Origin: Verrucomicrobiota bacterium
Lineage (GTDB): Bacteria > Verrucomicrobiota > Verrucomicrobiia > Palsa-1439
Direction of reading: 5' to 3'
Assembly (NCBI GenBank): GCA_041306525.1
Contig: JBFZFE010000063.1
Coordinates: forward strand, 1 to 44,450
DNA: 44,450 nt
The notes beneath the pieces are model-generated. The model worked only from the letters and a program-made list of their open reading frames with translations. It was not told the origin of the DNA and did no database searches. A program made the position numbers and the translations under genes. The first letter of the stretch is position 1; every line of letters starts with the position of its first letter. Positions 33,501 to 43,628 of this stretch are shown piece after piece.

Positions 33501-33590
33501 GTATGCGGCAGCACTCTAGGGGAAAGACGCGCCAAGCGTCAATGCGCCTTGAATCAGCAAGCCAGCGCAGCGACTCGCGCGTCGGTTGAT

Positions 33591-34655
33591 CTATTGATTG
33601 ATGGGCTTGGCAGGGGCCGGCTCAATCGCGCCCGCCGGCAGACCGGACTTCTCCGCCGGCAAGGGCGGCAGCAGGACCTCCACTTTGCCTTTCGCGCGCA
33701 GATCCATCATGTGGTTGCGCGCCAGTTCGCTGCCCTTGCGATACTTGAGCATCTTCTCGATGTCAGCCTGCATCTTCTCAAATGATTGCTGTTCCGCGGG
33801 CTTGTGCTCTGTGACGAGCATGAGGTGATAGCCAAATGGCGTGGTCACCACTTCGCTCAACTCGTTGGTCTTGAGCGCGAAGGCGGCGATTTCGAATTCC
33901 GGCACCATCTTGCCGCGCGAGAATGGCCCCAGATCTCCCCCCTGCTTGCCGCTGGGGCACTCGGACACCTTCCTGGCAACATCGGCAAATTTTTCGCCGC
34001 CTTTGACCAAGGCCCGCGCGGCCTCGATCTGCACGCGCTTGGCCGCCTTGACCTCCTCGCTGGCGTCTTGGGGGACCGTGATCAAAATGTGACTCGCCCG
34101 CACCGTTTCAGGCTGTTTGAATCGAGCTGCATTGGCATCATAGAACTCACGCGCTTCCGTTGCCCCCAGCTTCACGTTCTGTTCCACCAGCTTCTCGAGT
34201 GCCGCCTGAATCAGCACATTGTCGCGCAGCCGCTTCGTGTATTCCTCAAGCGAAACCCCGGTCTCAGCCAGCGCCTTCCGCAAGGCGTCCTCGCCACCGA
34301 CTTGCGCCTGGGTTTCGGCAAGTTGTTCCTTCACCTTTGCATCCACCCCTGCCAACTCCTTGCCCTGGCAGTCTTGCAGGAGCAACTCGCGGCCAATCAT
34401 CTCTTCCAGCACATCGTGCTCAAAGCGCGCTTGGAACTCCTTCGGCACCCCGCGCCCCTGCTGCGCCATCTGCATCTGGATTCCATGCATCGCCATATCC
34501 AGTTCCCGGCGATGAATCGCGGCGGAACCCACACGGGCGACGATCTCGTTGGCCTTGTTGGTGGCGACCGCCGCTGACGTGGCGGACGGCTCCGCGTTCG
34601 CGGAAATAACAAAGGCGGTCAGGACAATGAGGCTGGCGATCCGATACATATGCAT
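33591..34655 (-). CDS. Periplasmic parvulin-type peptidyl-prolyl isomerase (SurA/PrsA-like chaperone)
   Basis: 354 aa. Signal peptide MHMYRIASLIVLTAFVISANA. Rotamase domain ASHILITV...GGDLGPFSRGKMVPEFEIAAFAL...TPFGYHLMLV. Confidence 0.88.
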   Translation of the reverse strand: MHMYRIASLIVLTAFVISANAEPSATSAAVATNKANEIVARVGSAAIHRRELDMAMHGIQMQMAQQGRGVPKEFQARFEHDVLEEMIGRELLLQDCQGKELAGVDAKVKEQLAETQAQVGGEDALRKALAETGVSLEEYTKRLRDNVLIQAALEKLVEQNVKLGATEAREFYDANAARFKQPETVRASHILITVPQDASEEVKAAKRVQIEAARALVKGGEKFADVARKVSECPSGKQGGDLGPFSRGKMVPEFEIAAFALKTNELSEVVTTPFGYHLMLVTEHKPAEQQSFEKMQADIEKMLKYRKGSELARNHMMDLRAKGKVEVLLPPLPAEKSGLPAGAIEPAPAKPINQ

Positions 34656-34747
34656 TTGATTCTTTCTGGCTGCTTTCCATTTGGGAAGGTGGCGGACGCT
34701 ACCACGGCTCAGCCGGCAGGGTCAAGCCGTTCACCGCTCCTCAAGTC

Positions 34748-35101
34748 TCATGACAGAAGCGCCCTCACGTTCTCAGGCGGTCGGCCAATCACCGCGCGGT
34801 CGCCGCATTCGATGATCGGGCGCTGAAGCAATACCGGATTGTTGGCGACAGCCGCGAGAATCTCCGCCTCCGTTCGCTCGGGCGCCCCAAGCTGGAGGGC
34901 GGCGAATTCATCTTCACTCGCACGGACCATCTCGCGGGCGGAGATTGCGAGCTTTCGCAAAAGCATTTGCAGCTGCGTCACCCCAAGTGGCGTCTTGAGA
35001 TACTCGACGACTTCGAGCTCAACCTTGTGCTCCTGCAAGATGGCCAGAGCAGCGCGGCTTTTGCTGCATTGGGGGTTGTGGTAGAGCGTAAATGTTTTCA
35101 T
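34748..35101 (-). CDS. ArsC/Spx-family protein (glutaredoxin-type arsenate reductase-like)
   Basis: 117 aa. YHNPQCSKSR N-terminal Cys motif and the LLQRPII pattern typical of the ArsC (PF03960) family. True substrate unknown. Confidence 0.8.
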   Translation of the reverse strand: MKTFTLYHNPQCSKSRAALAILQEHKVELEVVEYLKTPLGVTQLQMLLRKLAISAREMVRASEDEFAALQLGAPERTEAEILAAVANNPVLLQRPIIECGDRAVIGRPPENVRALLS

Positions 35102-35113
35102 CCGCAGCGGCCG

Positions 35114-36562
35114 TCAAAATGACGGGAACACCAACTGGTCGCCGGTCTCCTTCTGCCAGGCTTCGATGCGGGCGCGGAGTGCGGCTGCTTTCTCGGGTTG
35201 GGAGCGGATGACATTGGTAAGTTCGTGTGGGTCGGTGTCGAGGTGGCGCAATTCGTGGCGGGCGTGGGTGCTGAGCGTCAACTTCCATCCGTCGGTCGTG
35301 ATGATGGTCCGGGCCGACTCGGCTTTGTCGCCAGTGGCGCCCGGCATGGCGTTCCATTGAATGATGACATCGCGGGGCGTCGCATCGCGGAGTGACACGC
35401 CCGGCAAGCTGTCTTGCCGGGCTACACCCAGGCAGTCAAGCAGTGTCGGGACAACGTCGATCTGGCTGACGCGCCTGGCGACACGTTCGCCTTGGCGCTG
35501 ACCGGGCATCCGCATCATCATTGGGACACGGATGGAGGGTTCGTACATGACGCCTTTGCCCCACATCCCGTGCGCGCCCAAGAGTTCGCCGTGGTCGGTG
35601 GTGAAGAAGACCAGCGTGTTCTCATCAAGCCCCAACTCCGTGAGCGTCTGGAGGATCCGGCCGATGTGTGTATCCACCAGCGCACACATGCCCCAGTAGA
35701 TGGCAATGGCCTTGCGCAGGTCCGCTTCGCTGGCGACGGGAGTGCCGTCGAAGCTGCCGTCATACTGTGCCCGGTGGGCTTGCGCCGCTCCCAAGGGAAC
35801 CGTTTCATCCGGCAGATCGTGCCGCTCAACCGGGATGCTCACCGCTGCCGGGTCAAACTGCTCGTTCCGCGGACTGCTCAAGGGATGATGTGGCTCAAAG
35901 AAGTTGACGTAGAGGGCAAAGGGCTCGCGCTGGTGTTGATGGAGAAATTGGATGGCTTCGTCCGCAAGGTACGATGGTTTGCTCAGCGGTTCCGGCAACT
36001 GCGTGATTTGTTCGCGACTGAAACGGTTCTCGTCATATGGACGGCGTTTCTCCTGTGAAGCCGCGTGCCATTGAGGGCAGGAAACAAGGGTGTTTGCCTT
36101 GTCCACGGGCCACGGAGTGACGCCGTGTTCGACAAGCCAATGATGATGGGAGGAACGATCATGAATCGGGTCGCGTCCTGCCGAGTAGAACGGCCAATAC
36201 GTATCGTCAATCGAACGCCACTCCTGAAACCCATGTTGCGGATAGATCTCGTCACCGAGATGCCACTTGCCAAAGTGCCCGGTCGCATAGTCGACCGGCA
36301 ACATCTCAGGTACACAGCGTGTGTCGGGGTGCAGGGAGATGTTGTTGTTAAGAATCCCATTCTGGTGCGGCCAGAGGCAGGTCACAAGCGTGGCCCGGGA
36401 AGGTGTGCAGACCGGTTGGGTACAATAGGCTTGGTCGAACACCGTCGCGCACGCCGCAAACGCATGCAGGTTTGGCATCACCAGTTGGCCGTTGATGCGG
36501 ACGGAGAGCGAATCGAAACGCTGCTGGTCGGTGTAGATGAACAGGAGGTTCGGTTTCTTCAT
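35114..36562 (-). CDS. Sulfatase (formylglycine-dependent, Cys type) without a signal peptide
   Basis: 482 aa. The sulfatase fold begins at residue 3 (KPNLLFIYTDQQR) and contains the CTPSRATL formylglycine motif. The ATG overlaps the stop of the upstream Pro-rich gene as ATGA. Confidence 0.88.
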   Translation of the reverse strand: MKKPNLLFIYTDQQRFDSLSVRINGQLVMPNLHAFAACATVFDQAYCTQPVCTPSRATLVTCLWPHQNGILNNNISLHPDTRCVPEMLPVDYATGHFGKWHLGDEIYPQHGFQEWRSIDDTYWPFYSAGRDPIHDRSSHHHWLVEHGVTPWPVDKANTLVSCPQWHAASQEKRRPYDENRFSREQITQLPEPLSKPSYLADEAIQFLHQHQREPFALYVNFFEPHHPLSSPRNEQFDPAAVSIPVERHDLPDETVPLGAAQAHRAQYDGSFDGTPVASEADLRKAIAIYWGMCALVDTHIGRILQTLTELGLDENTLVFFTTDHGELLGAHGMWGKGVMYEPSIRVPMMMRMPGQRQGERVARRVSQIDVVPTLLDCLGVARQDSLPGVSLRDATPRDVIIQWNAMPGATGDKAESARTIITTDGWKLTLSTHARHELRHLDTDPHELTNVIRSQPEKAAALRARIEAWQKETGDQLVFPSF

Positions 36563-37059
36563 TGCGGCTTGCGCATGCTGACCGGTGGGCCGAGGATTTC
36601 GGCGCCAATGATGAATTCACGCGCGGTCGCCGGCTGACGGATTTTCTTGGCGAGCGCCGTGCTGGTCCGCACCGACACCGTGGCAGCGGTCCGGCGCTTG
36701 ATGCGTTGCGGTTCCTCGATCGGGGGTTCCTCCGGAACCACCACTTCCACGATGGGCGGCGGCGAAGCGACCTTGGCATGCAAACGCTCGGAAAGGCGGC
36801 GGCGAAACTCATCGGCCCGTCGTTGATCGACAGACCACGTCTCCGGTTCCGCTCTGGTCACTGGTGGCGGCGTCGACCGTGGCCCCTGCGGCTGCGCGCT
36901 ACGACCGGGGTGTTGCCGAGGACGAGGCACGGGCGGCGGTACGTCTTGTTCCTCGTCCTCACCGCCCGTGCGTTCCTGAACCTGTTTCCAGCCCTGAACA
37001 ACGGCGACCACGATGGCGATGATCACCCAAATCAGGACTTCTAGACCGGCAAGCTTCAC
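36559..37059 (-). CDS. Hypothetical single-pass membrane protein with a Pro-rich, charged cytoplasmic tail
   Basis: 166 aa with a GTG start 14 nt after the floA stop. It has one N-terminal TM helix (LEVLIWVIIAIVVAVV). The remainder is Pro/Arg/Glu-rich. Third-position GC bias is consistent with coding. No family recognised. Confidence 0.5.
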   Translation of the reverse strand: MKLAGLEVLIWVIIAIVVAVVQGWKQVQERTGGEDEEQDVPPPVPRPRQHPGRSAQPQGPRSTPPPVTRAEPETWSVDQRRADEFRRRLSERLHAKVASPPPIVEVVVPEEPPIEEPQRIKRRTAATVSVRTSTALAKKIRQPATAREFIIGAEILGPPVSMRKPQ

Positions 37060-37073
37060 GTCGTAAACCTGCT

Positions 37074-38108
37074 TCAGGATTTCGGTTTGTCCTCACCGGC
37101 GATGCTGCCGCGCATCTTGGTGTCGGCTTGGACATTCTGCATCTTGAAATAATCCATCACGCCGAGATTGCCGCTGCGGAACGCCTCGGCCATCGCCAAG
37201 GGGACCTGCGCTTCGGCTTCAACCACCTTCGCGCGCATTTCTTCGACGCGGGCCTTCATTTCCTGCTCCTGGGCCACCGCCATGGCGCGCCGCGTTTCGG
37301 CGGCGGCTTGGGCGATCTGCTTGTTGGCCTCGGCTTGTTCAGCCTGCAAGCGGGCACCGATGTTGTCGCCAACATCCACGTCGGCGATGTCAATCGAGAG
37401 AATCTCAAATGCGGTACCGGCATCGAGCCCGCGGTCCAACACGCGTTTGGAGATACTGTCGGGGTTCTCCAAAACCGCCTTGTAAGTTTCCGAGGAGCCA
37501 ATCGTCGTGACAATGCCTTCGCCCACACGTGCAATAATGGTTTCCTCCGTGGCGCCACCAACGAAACGGTCAAGATTGGTGCGGACGGTGACCCGTGCCT
37601 TCGCTTTCACCTGAATGCCGTCCTTGGCCACGGCATCGATGCTCTGTTTGCCGCTGGAGCCAGCCGGACAATCAATCACCTTCGGGTTGACCGATGTCAT
37701 CACTGCTTCAAACACGCTCTTGCCGGACTGGTGGGTCGCGAGATCAATGGCCGCGGCACGGTTGAAATCGAGATTCAAACTCGCTTTGTCAGCGGCGATC
37801 AGGGCACGTACGACCTGGTTGACGTCACCGCCGGCCAGGTAATGGGTCTCGAGCATGTCGGTCGTCAAGGGCAACCCCGCCTTGACCGCGGTGATGCGAC
37901 TTTGGACGATCAGACCGACCGGCACACGCCGCAACTTCATGCTCAACAGATTCAGAAACGTCACCGGCGCGCCCGACGTGCGGGCCTGAATCCAGATGTT
38001 GATAAACGAAATGATGATGCCGCCGACGACCAACCCGATGATCGCCAAGACGACGGCCACGGCCATACCGATGAACGACATTGTGTCTGCTGCTCCAAGA
38101 ATAATCAT
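37074..38108 (-). CDS. floA: Flotillin-like protein FloA (SPFH domain, UPF0365/YqfA family)
   Basis: 344 aa. An N-terminal TM hairpin is followed by [47 protein letters not shown] and AIDLA. An Ala/Glu-rich coiled C-terminus follows, as in Bacillus FloA as I recall it. Confidence 0.88.
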   Translation of the reverse strand: MIILGAADTMSFIGMAVAVVLAIIGLVVGGIIISFINIWIQARTSGAPVTFLNLLSMKLRRVPVGLIVQSRITAVKAGLPLTTDMLETHYLAGGDVNQVVRALIAADKASLNLDFNRAAAIDLATHQSGKSVFEAVMTSVNPKVIDCPAGSSGKQSIDAVAKDGIQVKAKARVTVRTNLDRFVGGATEETIIARVGEGIVTTIGSSETYKAVLENPDSISKRVLDRGLDAGTAFEILSIDIADVDVGDNIGARLQAEQAEANKQIAQAAAETRRAMAVAQEQEMKARVEEMRAKVVEAEAQVPLAMAEAFRSGNLGVMDYFKMQNVQADTKMRGSIAGEDKPKS

Positions 38109-38121
38109 GGTTCTCCTTTGG

Positions 38122-38592
38122 TTATACCTTACGCACGATGATGTTGTTGTCCTGCACGCTTACGACTTGAATGGCACTGCCGGCGGGAATCATGCCCGAC
38201 TCCGCCTGAACATCAAGCCGTTTCCCCGCCACGACGGCAACTCCCGCGGGGCGCAACACGGTGCGCGCCACCCCGGACTGCCCGATCAGGTCCGCCCCCC
38301 GCTGGGTCTGGGCGCGCACCCCAGCCTGCGTCTCGGCCAGAATCAGTTTCTTGCCGGCACGCGTTTGCGGGAAATATTTGATGGCGAAGATGCCCGCCAG
38401 AATGCCGAGCAGCAATTCCAACGGCGCCAGCAACATGACCGCGCCCCAGCCGTACGCCACTTGCGCAACAACCAGCGCGGCCAGCATCAAGACCGTGCCG
38501 ATGCTCGCCAGCACAAAGCCGGGAATGTAAAAATCCACCGCGATCAGGCCCAAGCCAATCACGATCAACAACACAATGGTTTCCCAACTCAC
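38122..38592 (-). CDS. NfeD-family membrane protein (short form with a C-terminal OB-fold)
   Basis: 156 aa. Three or four TM helices are followed by a soluble beta domain ([40 protein letters not shown]). It overlaps the upstream nfeD gene by 4 nt. Confidence 0.82.
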   Translation of the reverse strand: MSWETIVLLIVIGLGLIAVDFYIPGFVLASIGTVLMLAALVVAQVAYGWGAVMLLAPLELLLGILAGIFAIKYFPQTRAGKKLILAETQAGVRAQTQRGADLIGQSGVARTVLRPAGVAVVAGKRLDVQAESGMIPAGSAIQVVSVQDNNIIVRKV

Positions 38593-39992
38593 GCCTTGTT
38601 CTCCTGTCCGATTCGTTCCACCGCCACCCGGCTGCCGCGCACTTCCACGATTCGAATCGCCGCTCCCGCCTCGATCAAGTCACCCTCCGTCATCACGTCC
38701 ACCAGCCGCCCATCGAAGCGTCCCTTCCCGGCGGGACGCAACATCGTCTCCGCCACACCCGTTGCTCCCACCGGCAATGCATCTTGCCCGATGGACGGTG
38801 AAGCCGAGGTGGCCGACAACTCCAGTCGGCGGAACAAACTTGTCTGCGGCAGCCAGCGCGCCAGCAACATCATCGCCACCACCGAGCCGGCAAAGCTCAT
38901 CAGGACTTTGAGCATCGGGATTTGCACCGCCGGCCAGGCCGGCAATACTGGCCCACCCGGAAACCGATGCGTCATCGCCAACACCAGCGAAGTCAGGATG
39001 AACCCGATCCCCAAAATCCCCGTCACCCCGAAGCCGGGCAGCACCAAAATCTCCACCGCCAGCAACGCCACCCCCAAGGCGAAAATCGCCACATCCTCCC
39101 ACCCGGCCAATCCCGCGGCAAACTGCCCCACGAAATAAAGCGCGAAACAGACTGCCGCCACCAGCGCGGGCACGCCGATGCCCGGCGTCTTCATCTCGAG
39201 ATAAATGGCCACAAACCCCACCATCATCAGCAACGGGCCAATCGCCGTCAGCCAGCGTCCCAACACTTCAAAGCCAGCCGGCTCAACCCGGAAGATCGTG
39301 GCTCCCGCCAACCCGACTTGTGAGAGCAACTCATCGATGGAATCCAATGTGCCGGCCGAGAGCAGCGGCTTGGGCGGCGTGCCATATTCCCGCGCTGCCT
39401 CCTGGTCCGTCAACGTGAGCAGCTTGCCCTTCTCCGAGATCACCTTGTCGTCCAACTTCAGTTCGACATCGGGATCCACCATCGCCTCGAAGACATCGGG
39501 GTTGTGCCCGTTCTGCTGGGCCGCGGTTCGCACCAGCGCCCGGACGGCTGAACTCATTTTCTCCTGATAACCTTTGGGCAGTTCCTTGGCCCCCTCTCCC
39601 GGCACCGCCATCACCGGCATCGCCGCGCCAATGACGCTGCCGGACGCCATGAAAATCTTGTCCGTGGCAGCCGCGATGAAGGAGCCCGCGGAAAAGGCCT
39701 TTTGGTTGACGAACGCGTACGCAGGCATCGGCGCATGTTGAAGCAGCCGCATGATGTCCTCGGTCGCATCCACCCGGCCACCGTTGGTGTCGATGTCGAG
39801 CACCAACGCCGCCGCTTGCCGGGCCGCCGCTTCATTCAACGCGCGGCGCACCAGAAACAGCGTGTTATGGGTGATCTCCTCACGGATGGAAACCACACAG
39901 ACAGTGGCATTGGTCGCCGCCCGCGCCGGCAAGGTGGCGACCATCAGCAGCGCTGCCAGATAAATCCACAGGTGTTTCACGCCGCAAACCAA
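38589..39992 (-). CDS. NfeD-family membrane-bound ClpP-class serine protease (long form)
   Basis: 467 aa. It has a signal peptide and a ClpP-like domain (VLDIDTNGGRVDA, AFSAGSFIAAA). A multi-TM region and a C-terminal NfeD OB domain follow (GVAETMLRPAGKGRFDGRLVDVMTEGDLIEAGAAIRIVEV). Confidence 0.85.
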   Translation of the reverse strand: MVCGVKHLWIYLAALLMVATLPARAATNATVCVVSIREEITHNTLFLVRRALNEAAARQAAALVLDIDTNGGRVDATEDIMRLLQHAPMPAYAFVNQKAFSAGSFIAAATDKIFMASGSVIGAAMPVMAVPGEGAKELPKGYQEKMSSAVRALVRTAAQQNGHNPDVFEAMVDPDVELKLDDKVISEKGKLLTLTDQEAAREYGTPPKPLLSAGTLDSIDELLSQVGLAGATIFRVEPAGFEVLGRWLTAIGPLLMMVGFVAIYLEMKTPGIGVPALVAAVCFALYFVGQFAAGLAGWEDVAIFALGVALLAVEILVLPGFGVTGILGIGFILTSLVLAMTHRFPGGPVLPAWPAVQIPMLKVLMSFAGSVVAMMLLARWLPQTSLFRRLELSATSASPSIGQDALPVGATGVAETMLRPAGKGRFDGRLVDVMTEGDLIEAGAAIRIVEVRGSRVAVERIGQENKA

Positions 39993-40068
39993 TAGCCCCC
40001 GCTCACCTTCCGAGCAAGCGTAGAATCAACAACACGGCAAGAACGCGCCGCAGGCAGGCGACAAGCTT

Positions 40069-40962
40069 TCATTGCCGGTTCAGGAACGTGAGTTGCCGGA
40101 ACAGCGTCTCCAAGCGTGGCAGTTGCGCACCGGCGGCTAGGGCGATGCGCAGCGGGTTGCCGTAGATGGCTTCGACTTCCATCGGACGCCCCGCGTCGGA
40201 ATCAATTTTCATGCTCGTCCGGTACGGCGGCATCTTTTCGGTGTCAGCCAACATCTTCTGGACAAATGCTTGCTCGATGTGGCGCCCGCAAACCGCCGCG
40301 CCCGCGACGACTTCCTGCATCAAGGCCGCGACCAACGCCCGCGTTGCCGGGTGGGCCATCAACTCGTTGGTGTCGGCGTTGAGCACAACCGACAGCCCGT
40401 TGTAGGGAATGTTCCAGACCAGCTTGTGCCAGCGGGCCGACGCCAGATCATCGGTCAAGGTGACCGGGATGCCTGCGCGTTCAAAGTCCGCCGCGATCTG
40501 CTGCATGCGCGGCGTGATGCCGCCGGCAAGTTCTGCCAACCGGACATAGCCGTAGTCAAGATGGCGGATGTGGCCGGGCCCGATCTTGTTGGAACACAGA
40601 AACGCCAACCCCGCCATCAGCCGGTCAGGAGCGATGAACCGGGCGAGCTCTTCCTCGGCGCCCAGACCGTTCTGCATCAGGACCACCGTCCCGCTCGCCG
40701 GCAACAGGCCCGGCAACAGATGATTCTGCGTGGCTTTCAGGCAAACCAAAACAACATCGCACGCCGGCAAGTCGCGCGGGTCTCGGTACGCGTTCACCTG
40801 CGGGAGCGTGAAGTCGCCTTCCTGCGACTCGACGATCAGGCCGTGCGTGCGCACATGCTCGTAATCGCTGTGGAGCAGGAAATGAACTTCGCAACCGGCG
40901 CGTTGCAGGCGCGCGCCGTAGAACCCACCAAGTGCACCAGTGCCAATGACAGCGTATTTCAC
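40069..40962 (-). CDS. panE: 2-dehydropantoate 2-reductase (ketopantoate reductase)
   Basis: 297 aa. Rossmann motif MKYAVIGTGALGGFYGARL, plus the KLVWN and TSMKID (S-M-x-x-D) motifs of the ApbA/PanE family. Confidence 0.85.
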   Translation of the reverse strand: MKYAVIGTGALGGFYGARLQRAGCEVHFLLHSDYEHVRTHGLIVESQEGDFTLPQVNAYRDPRDLPACDVVLVCLKATQNHLLPGLLPASGTVVLMQNGLGAEEELARFIAPDRLMAGLAFLCSNKIGPGHIRHLDYGYVRLAELAGGITPRMQQIAADFERAGIPVTLTDDLASARWHKLVWNIPYNGLSVVLNADTNELMAHPATRALVAALMQEVVAGAAVCGRHIEQAFVQKMLADTEKMPPYRTSMKIDSDAGRPMEVEAIYGNPLRIALAAGAQLPRLETLFRQLTFLNRQ

Positions 40963-41056
40963 GCAGCGCAGATTACCACAGCCGGCAAGTTATTGGAGCA
41001 GGACAGCACAGGGGAGGCGGCGCGACACCGCGCTGTTGTGTGCGGGACGGCGACTC

Positions 41057-41863
41057 TCAGGGAGCGGCGTGTTCCAGGTATTCCGCCACTTCGCGGCATT
41101 GCGGCGAGGTGAGCATGGTGTCGCAACAGGCTGTTTCCGCGACGATGCCGCCTCCGTCACGCACGCAGACACACGCCAGCCAGTCGGTCACTCGCCGGGC
41201 CTGGGCAATGTTGTGCGTCACCAGTACGATCGTGCGAAGCTCCTTCAGCCGGTGAATCAACTCCTCGATCGCGTCGGTGGACTTCGGATCCAACGCGCTG
41301 GTCGGTTCATCCATCAAGATGATCTCGGGATCGACGGCCAATGCCCGCGCCAGGCAGAGGCGTTGTTGTTGACCGACCGACAACCGCAACGCCGGTTCGT
41401 TCAGGCGATCCTTCACCTCGTGCCACAGCGCCGCTTCACCCAGTGCCCGCTCCGCCAGCTCATGTTTCTCCCGCCGGCTCAGAGGGCGGAGGTGTCGCGC
41501 CCCAAAGAGAACATTCTGGACGATGGACTGCGGAAACACGACCGGCTGCTGGAAGAGCATCCCGATCCGGGCACGCACATGGTCAACATCAACGTTGCCG
41601 GTGTAAATCGAGTTCCCCTGGTACAGAACATCGCCGGTCACCTTCAGATTGGGAGCCAGATCGGTCAGCCGGTTGAGACACTTCAGCAACGTGCTCTTAC
41701 CGGCTCCCGATGGACCGATGATGCCGAACACCTGCCGCGCCGAAATCCGCAGGTTCACCTCGCGCAGGAGCAGTCGTTCCCCCGCACGGACCGAGAGCCG
41801 CTTGGTTTCAAGCACGACCGGAGCGGCATCAGGCGCTGGGGAACAGCATGACGGTTTATCCAT
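41057..41863 (-). CDS. pstB: Phosphate ABC transporter ATP-binding protein
   Basis: Walker A GPSGAGKSTLLKCLNR, signature LSVGQQQRL and Walker B IILMDEPTSALD. I prefer ATG 41863, which lies 4 nt after the pstA stop. The track start 41878 is also possible. Confidence 0.93.
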   Translation of the reverse strand: MDKPSCCSPAPDAAPVVLETKRLSVRAGERLLLREVNLRISARQVFGIIGPSGAGKSTLLKCLNRLTDLAPNLKVTGDVLYQGNSIYTGNVDVDHVRARIGMLFQQPVVFPQSIVQNVLFGARHLRPLSRREKHELAERALGEAALWHEVKDRLNEPALRLSVGQQQRLCLARALAVDPEIILMDEPTSALDPKSTDAIEELIHRLKELRTIVLVTHNIAQARRVTDWLACVCVRDGGGIVAETACCDTMLTSPQCREVAEYLEHAAP

Positions 41864-42710
41864 GGTGCGCTTCCTCATGTATCTTCAAACGCGCCGGCAA
41901 GGCCAGCAAGCTCAGCAGGAACACCAGCGCCAACAGGACCAACGCCGCACCCCAGATCTTCGCGCCTGCCGCCGGGTCGAACGAGTCCTGTGCCAGGATG
42001 AAAATATGATACGGCAGCGACAATACCGGACTCTCCTTGATCCCGGTCGGCCAAGTCGCCCCGGCAAAGATGGTGGCCGTGAACATGATCGGCGCCGTTT
42101 CACCGGCGGCTCGCGCCAAGCCGAGCAACGAGCCGGTAACCAAGCCGTTGACGCTCTGTGGCAGGATGACCGACCAGACAATCTGTGTCGGGGTCAATCC
42201 CAGTCCCGCCGCCGCCTCGATGTAGCGGCGCGGCAGACTCTGAATGCGTTCCCAGAGCGCGACTGTCACCGTCGGCAGGATCATCAGTCCCAGAAGAATG
42301 CCGCCCGCCAACCAAGATTTTCCCCAGCCGAAGAACTTCACAAACACAATCAGCCCGAAGAGGCCGAACAGAATCGAAGGCACGCCGTTGAGCGTGTAGA
42401 CCAGCAACCCAAACCAGCGCTGCGCTCGCCCGCCCGGTTTCAAATACACGCCCAGCGTCAACGCCGCGCCCACCGCCAGCGGGGCGCTGACCAGCAGAGC
42501 GGTCAGGACCAGAATCAACGTCCCGATCAGGTTGTAAAACACGCCACCCGCCGCGCCGACTTGCATGACTTGCCCGGTCAGGAACCGCCAATCCACAGCC
42601 GGTAACCCGCGCCAGACAATCGCGGAAACAATCAACACCAGTGGCAACGCCGCAAGCAACGCCGCACCCACCGCCAGACACGTGAACAGTTTGTCAGCGG
42701 TCCGCCTCAC
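41856..42710 (-). CDS. pstA: Phosphate ABC transporter permease PstA
   Basis: GTG 42710 overlaps the pstC TGA as GTGA. It is a six-TM permease with the EAA-like loop (EAAAGLGLTPTQIVWSVILP). The longer track ORF (to 42890) overlaps pstC out of frame. Confidence 0.9.
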   Translation of the reverse strand: MRRTADKLFTCLAVGAALLAALPLVLIVSAIVWRGLPAVDWRFLTGQVMQVGAAGGVFYNLIGTLILVLTALLVSAPLAVGAALTLGVYLKPGGRAQRWFGLLVYTLNGVPSILFGLFGLIVFVKFFGWGKSWLAGGILLGLMILPTVTVALWERIQSLPRRYIEAAAGLGLTPTQIVWSVILPQSVNGLVTGSLLGLARAAGETAPIMFTATIFAGATWPTGIKESPVLSLPYHIFILAQDSFDPAAGAKIWGAALVLLALVFLLSLLALPARLKIHEEAHHG

Positions 42711-43591
42711 GTCTGCCTCCGGTGCGCCAGCCACGAGCCGGTCACCGTGACCGCGGCACTCATTGCCAACAGCACCAATCCGAGGCCGACCATTGCGCCC
42801 CAATGCAGCGGGTCGCCGTAGGCGATGTTGGTCTCCGCGCCGCCGAGTTTGCTGGCCAACGTCTGCCCCGCCTCGATCAACGAACGCCACGACACCGGTT
42901 GGTTATCTTGTCGTCCGACCACCAGAAACACCGCGATCATCTCCCCCAACGCGCGTCCCACGGCCAACAACAACGCCGCCGCCAACCCCGGCGCCGCTTG
43001 GGGCAACGTCACTCCCAACACCGTCTCCGACCGCGTCAGCCCCAATCCGCGCGCGGCGTGTCGTTGCCCAGCCGGCACACTGCGCAGGGCGTCGTCACTC
43101 AAGGTCATGACGGTCGGCAAAATCATCACCGCCAGCAGCACTCCCGCTGTCAGCAATGTATCGCCGCTGAGCGGGTCGAAGGGCGTGAGCGCACTGTAAA
43201 CCCAGTTGCGCAGGTAAAGGATTCCGAGCAGGCCATAGACGACCGACGGCACACCGGCGAGCATCTCAAAGGGAACTTTGACCCACAACCGCCACCGCGC
43301 GGGCAGGATCTCCACCGTGAACACCGCCGCCCCAATGCCCAACGGCGCGGCCAGCAGCAGCGCCATGACCGCCACCACCACTGTTCCCCAGATCATGGAC
43401 CAGGCGCCAAACAACTCGTGCCGATAAAACCATTGCCGGCCAGTCAGGTACTCCAGCCCGGCATGACGCCATACCGGCAAGCTTTGCCACGCAAACAGCG
43501 TCAGCAGTCCCAGAACAAAAGCGACAATCAACCCGGCAAACACGTAACTCACCCAACGCGTCACCGGTATGCGCGCCACACTAGCCGGCAT
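42707..43591 (-). CDS. pstC: Phosphate ABC transporter permease PstC
   Basis: 294 aa, multi-TM. EAA loop RHAARGLGLTRSETVLGVTLP. It sits between pstS and pstA. Confidence 0.9.
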   Translation of the reverse strand: MPASVARIPVTRWVSYVFAGLIVAFVLGLLTLFAWQSLPVWRHAGLEYLTGRQWFYRHELFGAWSMIWGTVVVAVMALLLAAPLGIGAAVFTVEILPARWRLWVKVPFEMLAGVPSVVYGLLGILYLRNWVYSALTPFDPLSGDTLLTAGVLLAVMILPTVMTLSDDALRSVPAGQRHAARGLGLTRSETVLGVTLPQAAPGLAAALLLAVGRALGEMIAVFLVVGRQDNQPVSWRSLIEAGQTLASKLGGAETNIAYGDPLHWGAMVGLGLVLLAMSAAVTVTGSWLAHRRQT

Positions 43592-43628
43592 GTCTCACGC
43601 CTCGCACCGTCAAACAACAACCTGCGGA

